64,000 bases of DNA, from the NCBI RefSeq assembly GCF_021869535.1, contig NW_026262593.1, positions 39,246,001 to 39,310,000 of the forward strand. The letters run 5' to 3'. Of the stretch, positions 55,601-62,633 are shown piece after piece (position 1 is the first letter of the stretch; each line of letters starts with the position of its first letter). The notes beneath the pieces are model-generated. The model saw only the letters and a program-made list of their open reading frames with translations. It was not told the origin of the DNA and did no database searches. The position numbers were made by a program, and so were the translations under genes. Source of the DNA: Mytilus californianus. Its lineage: Eukaryota.

Positions 55601-58600
55601 GTTTCTCGTTTCTCGTTTTTGTCGAGCCTTCGACTTTTGTCGAAAAGGTGAGACATAGCGATCCTACATTCCGTCAGCGTCGGCGGCGTCCACAAATATT
55701 CACTCTGTGGTTAAAGTTTTTGAAATTTTAATAACACTCTCAAACTATCCTAGATTTCTACCAAACTTGGACAGAAGCTTGTTTATGATCATAAGATAAT
55801 ATTCAAAAGTAAATTTTGTAAAAAAAAAATCCATTTTTTCCATATTTTACTTATAAATGGACTTAGTTTTTCTGCCAGTTTACATTACATTCACTCTGTG
55901 GTTAAAGTTTTTGAAATTTTAATAACTTTCTTAAACTATCTTGGATTTGTACCAAACATGGACAGAAGCTTGTTCATGATCAAAAGCTAGTATCTAGAAG
56001 GAAATTTTGTTAAAATCTTGTTCAATTTTTTCCGTATTTTACTTATAAATGGACTTCGTTTTTTCTTCCAGTTAACATTACATACAGTCTGCAGTTTTAA
56101 GTTTTTAAAACATTTTTTAGAATCATAAACTATCCTGGATTTTTACCAAACTTGGACAGAAGCTACTTACAATCAAAAGATAGTATGGAGAGGAATATAT
56201 TTTATTAATTTTTCTCCTTATTTTTGTTGAGCCTGCGATTAACAGCAAAAGTAGGCGAGACACTGGGTTCGGCGGAACCCTTACAAATTTTTTATATAGA
56301 TTAGGCCGTTGGTTTTCCCGTTTGAATGGTTTTTCACTAGTAATTTTTTGGGGCCCTTTATAGCTTACTTTTCGGTGTGAGCCAAGGCTCCGTGTTGAAG
56401 ACCGTACTGTGACCTATAACGGTTTACTTTTATAAATTTTGACTTGGATGGAGAGTTGTCTCATTGGCACTCATACCACATCTTCTTATATCTATTGGAT
56501 ACTTTTTTTTCTATGAAATACAAATTTTTGGTCCTTTTTATTCACCAGTCCTGCAGTTTATTTACTTTTTTTTAATTTATTTTCACCAGCTTTTTGATAT
56601 ATGATCTGGAGAGTGATGGTACTTACTTGGTCAATATGAATGTCAGTATTTGTTTTGAATCTTCCAAGCCTTGTTTGTTTGATCAGATTATCTTCAATAA
56701 TACTAAACTGACGAAAAAACCATGCAAGTGGCAGACAGGATTTAAAAATTCAAGTAGGTTTCTTTGTATTTGTTATTGAACTAATAATCTGTAAAAAAAA
56801 CAGTTACATGTATGTTCTAAATGGATGCTTTTTCCCGTACATTAATAAAGAGAGCATGGGAGAAGAAGCAGCAGCTGCTGGCTTATACTCATGGATCCCA
56901 ACTGCAGCAACTAAGTTTAAGAGAAAATCATAGTTTCTAAAAATACCCTCAGTGGACACAAGTTTTCTTCATTTCTAAGATAGCTGTGCTAAATTTACAT
57001 TTGTGACATAGGATGGGAGCAGTAATTAGACGTTAAAAAAAATGCACCAACCAGTCAAATTTCCTTTCATATAAGTTATAATATGACTCATCTATGCCTT
57101 TTACTAATATTAAATATATCTGCTTAAATTCTACAATTTTTTTCATGTGTTTAATTATTTTGGATGTATTTTGACGTGTAAATCACAGTGAGCTCGAGAA
57201 GTTATTTTTTTTACCTCTTACAGGGTTACAGTTTTTAAAAGTACATTATTACATTGTATGTTGTACATGTATGTACAGATTTGATATAAGTCTAAAATAA
57301 CCCAATTTCTTTATATTTGAAGATTTTTCTTTATCCTCATGGAAGTCATCAGTAGGAATTGAGCCATCACAATCACTCACTGTGGTAGAGATTAGAAAGC
57401 TTGAAGAAATACTAGGAATAGCTCCATTCCTTCTGGACAGTCCTTGTCAGAGATACAGCTGGCCATATGTTCCACCAACCAATGGATGGAGATCAGGTAA
57501 CTATAGAAAAATTATTATCTTTTAACTAGTTTAATTTCTGTAGAGAGCTTTTATTTGTGATGACCTACCTCCATTTGTAAAAAGGCTGTAATTGTCTAAT
57601 GGCTACAAACATTACAGATCAATATACTGTTATTTCCATTAAGAATTACAGAGATGCTGAAAAGCTACATATATGATAGATAGTGTTTCTAAAAACAGAA
57701 AATTTGGATCTAAAAAAAATTTAATTATTACCCAGCTTTATTACACCGTTTTACCTCTGTCTGTCTGTCCATCCATCCGTCAGTCCATCTGTCCGTCAGT
57801 CCAACCATCCGTCCTATTAATATTTTCGTCGCATCTTTCTCAGGAACTACATTACAAAGATTTCTGAAATTTGGTTTCAGGGTTAATATAAGTCAGCTAT
57901 ACTGTGTGATGCCTGTTTACCGAACACTTGTATCATTTTACACATGATAGCGAAGTTGAAAATTTTCGTCACATTTTTCTCAGGAACTACAATACAAGGA
58001 TTTCTGAAATTGGTTTCAGGGTTTATATAAGTCATCTATAGTTTCACTTGTTCTAAATTTTTGCATGGTATTTGTACATATCACCAGCTTGTGTCATATA
58101 TATTCTACCGCATCACTCATTAATATATATTCTACCAGACAGCTGATTATTATGATTTTTATTCACTCACCATAGTCACATTTTCAAACACTAAAATAGA
58201 ATGCTTCCATGCATTTTAAAATTCGAATATTAAACTTTCCAGAGTAAATAAATATATTGTAGTCGATGATCAACAGTTGCTGTTATGAGTTAATGGCAAA
58301 AGCAATGTTTCCAATATATATGGAGGGTTATAGCATGAGACAAATTTAATCGGCTTGTTGTTTATCAGAATTTATCAAGCTAGTCAGAAATAGTTCAAAT
58401 TGCATATAAAATAAGAGACAACAAATTTGGCTTTTTCTTAGTCAAAGGTGGTGTTGATTTTTAAATTATTTCTAATCCAAATCTTTTCAAATAATGTGTT
58501 GGTACATTATATGCATTCTAAAAAAACAACTTATGATGTCTGTAGAATTGACCATTTAATATATTAGTATATATCTTTATGTTTAGAATTTTTTTTATAG

Positions 58601-61600
58601 ATTGTCCACAAGAGATGAGGAATCTACCATCACTCCTGAGTAATATGAACTGTTACATTGATCAGTCCTGTACAGCAGTTCAGTGTTGTATGGATGTCAA
58701 CGAACTTGGAAAGTCTTTAGAGATAGGAATTAAGATTGATCCATGTGACTTCAGGTTGACAGTCAGGATAGAGAAATTAAGCTTTGACGTTACATTGTAT
58801 GACTATGTGTGGGGTAAGTCTGATTGATCCATATAACTTCAGGTTGACAGTCAGGATAGAGAAATTGAGCTTTGACGTTACATTGTATGATTATGTGTGG
58901 GGTAAGTCTGATTGATCCATGTGACTTCAGGTTAACAGTCAGGATAGAGAAATTGAGCTTTGATGTTACATTGTATGATTATGTGTGGGGTAAGTCTGAT
59001 TGATCCATATAACTTCAGGTTGACAGTCAGGATAGAGAAATTGAGCTTTGACGTTACATTGTATGATTATGTGTGGGGTAAGTCTGATTGATCCATGTGA
59101 CTTCAGGTTGACAGTGGGGATAGAGAAATTGAGCTTTGATGTTACATTGTATGACTATCTGTGGGGTAAGTCTGATTGATCCATGTGACTTCAGGTTGAC
59201 AGTGGGGATAGAGAAATTGAGCTTTGATGTTACATTGTATGACTATCTGTGGGGTAAGTCTGATTGATCCATGTGACTTCAGGTTGACAGTCAGGATAGA
59301 GAAATTGAGCTTTGACGTTACATTGTATGATTATGTATGGGGTAAGTCTGATTGATCCATGTGACTTCAGGTTGACAGTGGGGATAGAGAAATTGAGCTT
59401 TGATGTTACATTGTATGACTATCTGTGGGGTAAGTCTGATTGATCCATGTGACTTCAGGTTAACAGTCAGGATAGAGAAATTGAGCTTTGATGTTACATT
59501 GTATTATTATGTATGGGGTAAGTCTGATTGATCCATATAACTTCAGGTTGACAGTCAGGATAGAGAAATTGAGCTTTGATGTTACATTGTATGATTGTGT
59601 GGGGTAAGTCTGATTGATCCATGTGACTTCAGGTTGACAGTCAGGATAGAGAAATTGAGCTTTGATGTTACATTGTATTATTATGTATGGGGTAAGTCTG
59701 ATTGATCCATGTGACTTCAGGTTGACAGTCAGGATAGAGAAATTGAGCTTTGATGTTACATTGTATGATTATGTGTGGGGTAAGTCTGATTGATCCATAT
59801 AACTTCAGGTTGACAGTCAGGATAGAGAAATTGAGCTTTGATGTTACATTGTATGATTGTGTGGGGTAAGTCTGATTGATCCATGTGACTTCAGGTTGAC
59901 AGTGGGGATAGAGAAATTGAGCTTTGATGTTACATTGTATGATTGTGTGGGGTAAGTCTGATTGATCCATATAACTTCAGGTTGACAGTCAGGATAGAGA
60001 AATTGAGCTTTGATGTTACATTGTATGATTATGTGTGGGGTAAGCTTAATTCACAAACATAAAAGTGAAACTGTTTGATTTCATATAGTTTTAAAGATTA
60101 GTGCATTTATTTTTATGTGTCAACTATATTTCACATCCAATATTTTATGGTAATATTCTTCTCAAAGCACAAAAATGTCGGCATTCACCTCAAAAGCTAA
60201 CCAAACCTTTAAACAGACTTATTCGGAAAGGATATAGTTACGATACTGTTGTCAAGTCATTAAGGATTGCATATTTTGGTATTAATATTGATTCACTCAT
60301 AGGGTCTTTGCATTGGAAATAAACACATTTATTCTAAAACCAGTTATTGGCATGATACAGGTTATGTTCTTCTCATATATTTTATGATGGTATGATACTA
60401 AACCCCTTATGGGAGGGATTGTACTTGATTTTCATATGATGAAGACATTATCCTTCAATCAGTTTAATTGAGGTCTGGAGCTGGCATGTCAGTAACTGCT
60501 AGTAGTCCTTTGTTCATTTATGTATCATTGTCATTTTGCTTAGTTTCTTTTGTTACCTATTCTGACATCGGACTTGGACTTCTTTTGAACTGAGTTTTAC
60601 TGTGCGTATTGCTATATGTTTCTTTATTCTACATTGGCTAGAGGTATAGGGGGAGGGTTGAGATCTCACAAAACATGTTTAACCCCGCCTCTTTTTTGCG
60701 CCTGTCCCAAGTCAGGAGCCTCTGGCCTTTGTTAGTCTTGTATGTTTTTTTTTATTTTAGTTCATTTTTATGTTTTGTAGTTTAGTGTGACTTCCATTTT
60801 CACTGAACTAGTACACAATTTTATTTAGGGGCCAGCTGAGGACCACCTCCGGTGCGGGAATTTCTCGCTGCGTTGAAGACCCATTGGTGGCCTTCGGCTG
60901 TTGTCTGCTCTTTGGTCGGGTTGTTGTCTCTTTGACATATTCCCCATTTCCATTCTCTATTTTATTAAGGATGTATTTTTGGCCCACACAAAATCTATAC
61001 CTCTTTTTTGGGATTCCCTGCACGTTGTAAAAGATGGACAAGAAAAAAACCTGTTGAATGCAGGTCACCCTACTAAGGGATCCAAATTAACACTTTAAAA
61101 ATTGTAAGTCAGTCTAGTGTTTGATAGAAATATCTTTTTAATGTGAAATACATTACAGACTTAATCCAATATTTATCTTCCAAGCCAAAATAATACAGCA
61201 AATCGCCCCAATTGAGTTTGATCTAGACATGTTATTTATGATACTAGACGGTAATTTTGTGCATGCTACTTTAAGTAAACAAAATGTATAGCAGGTCTCA
61301 TCGAAACTTAAACCTATAAAGTCTAATCACTTTCAATACCAAAATCGGAAGCTTTAATCATATCAAAATAGACCACTATTACAGGACCTACCTATTGTAT
61401 TTATTGTTTTTGGAAAGTTTGCTATAACAAAAACTTTCCTAAGGCATTGGCCTCAAATCGGAAGTGACAGACTATCTTACTTTAGGATGTGTGTTCCACT
61501 CCTAGATAATGTAGTACTGGCGTTTGACAACTAATTCTAGGAAGATGCTTTTGAAATTTTGAGTTACTTCTATTTTGATTAGCTTACAGTTTGAATTAAA

Positions 61601-62602
61601 ATGTACTGAATGTTCATTGATAATTCAAATAATTCAACTTCATTTTGAAGCTATAGCTATCACAAACACTACTTCGCGGATCTGCGCTGCGCGGTAAGTA
61701 AAATCAATACACATCTACACGAGACAGAAGTTTCTACATTATGCTTTTATCGGTATTCCCCAGACATGCGTGAGATCTATATCAACGGGAGTACTATAAT
61801 CCCGGTTTCAGGGGTTTCCTCCCGTCCTCCGGTTGAAGAGAAAATAAATACAGTGTTTAAAATATTTCATGAATGAACATTTTTCGACGCTTACTACGAT
61901 TTTTACAATGTTATTAAAGACGTAAAAGCCTGAATGTATCGAAAGTATCCCGGTATCTCATCTCGGCCCACAACAAACTCGGACTATAATAAACTCGGCC
62001 TATTACATAATCGGCATCAGAAAATCGGACTATAACAAAATTCGTAATTATACCACTTGCTGTTAAGTCTCCCAAACAAAGTTTGGAGACTTATTGTTTT
62101 GCTCATTCTTATTATTTTTCTTCTTGAGGTCTATTTAGGGTTATTTTGAGTGGCCAACAGAAGGGAGGGATTTACTATAGAACCCTATGGGATTTATTTT
62201 TTTTTAATTTTCAAATGACTATAACTTGAAAACAGTTAGTGATAAACACACACGGTTTTCAGTAATGATCACAGGATCATAAAACAAATCAAATGAAATA
62301 TAGCGGGAGTCCCTCTGGATCAGCCCCACCCCTCCTGTTTGAGAACTTGTAAACGGTTGAGATCCCCACCCCTAAACCATATATATTCTTGTATGGGACA
62401 TTAAAACAAGTCAAATGAAATATAGGGGGAGTCCCTGGGTGTCACCCCCACCCCATCCTGTTTTGGGAACTTGTAAACGGTCAAGATCCCGACCCTGAAA
62501 CCATATATATTCTTGTACGGGACAATAAAACAAATCAAATGAAATAAAAGGTGAGTCCCCTGGGGTCACTCCCACCCCCTTCCTGTTTAAGAACTTGTAA
62601 AC

Positions 62603-62633
<31 letters not shown>

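Noticed and set aside
53690-56490. Hammerhead ribozyme expected in PLE terminal repeats
   Set aside because: I found no CUGAUGA...GAAA core on either strand by eye; needs an Infernal search.
59668-59970. 100-aa - strand ORF
   Set aside because: Antisense translation of the minisatellite.
58735-60044. CRISPR-like array
   Set aside because: Units are contiguous near-identical 88-mers with no unique spacers, derive from a host exon, and lie in a eukaryotic intron with no cas genes.
60436-60480. Another possible SECIS starting at ATGATGAAGAC
   Set aside because: No properly placed AAA or 3' UGA quartet; the adjacent hairpin at 60374-60438 fits the consensus far better.
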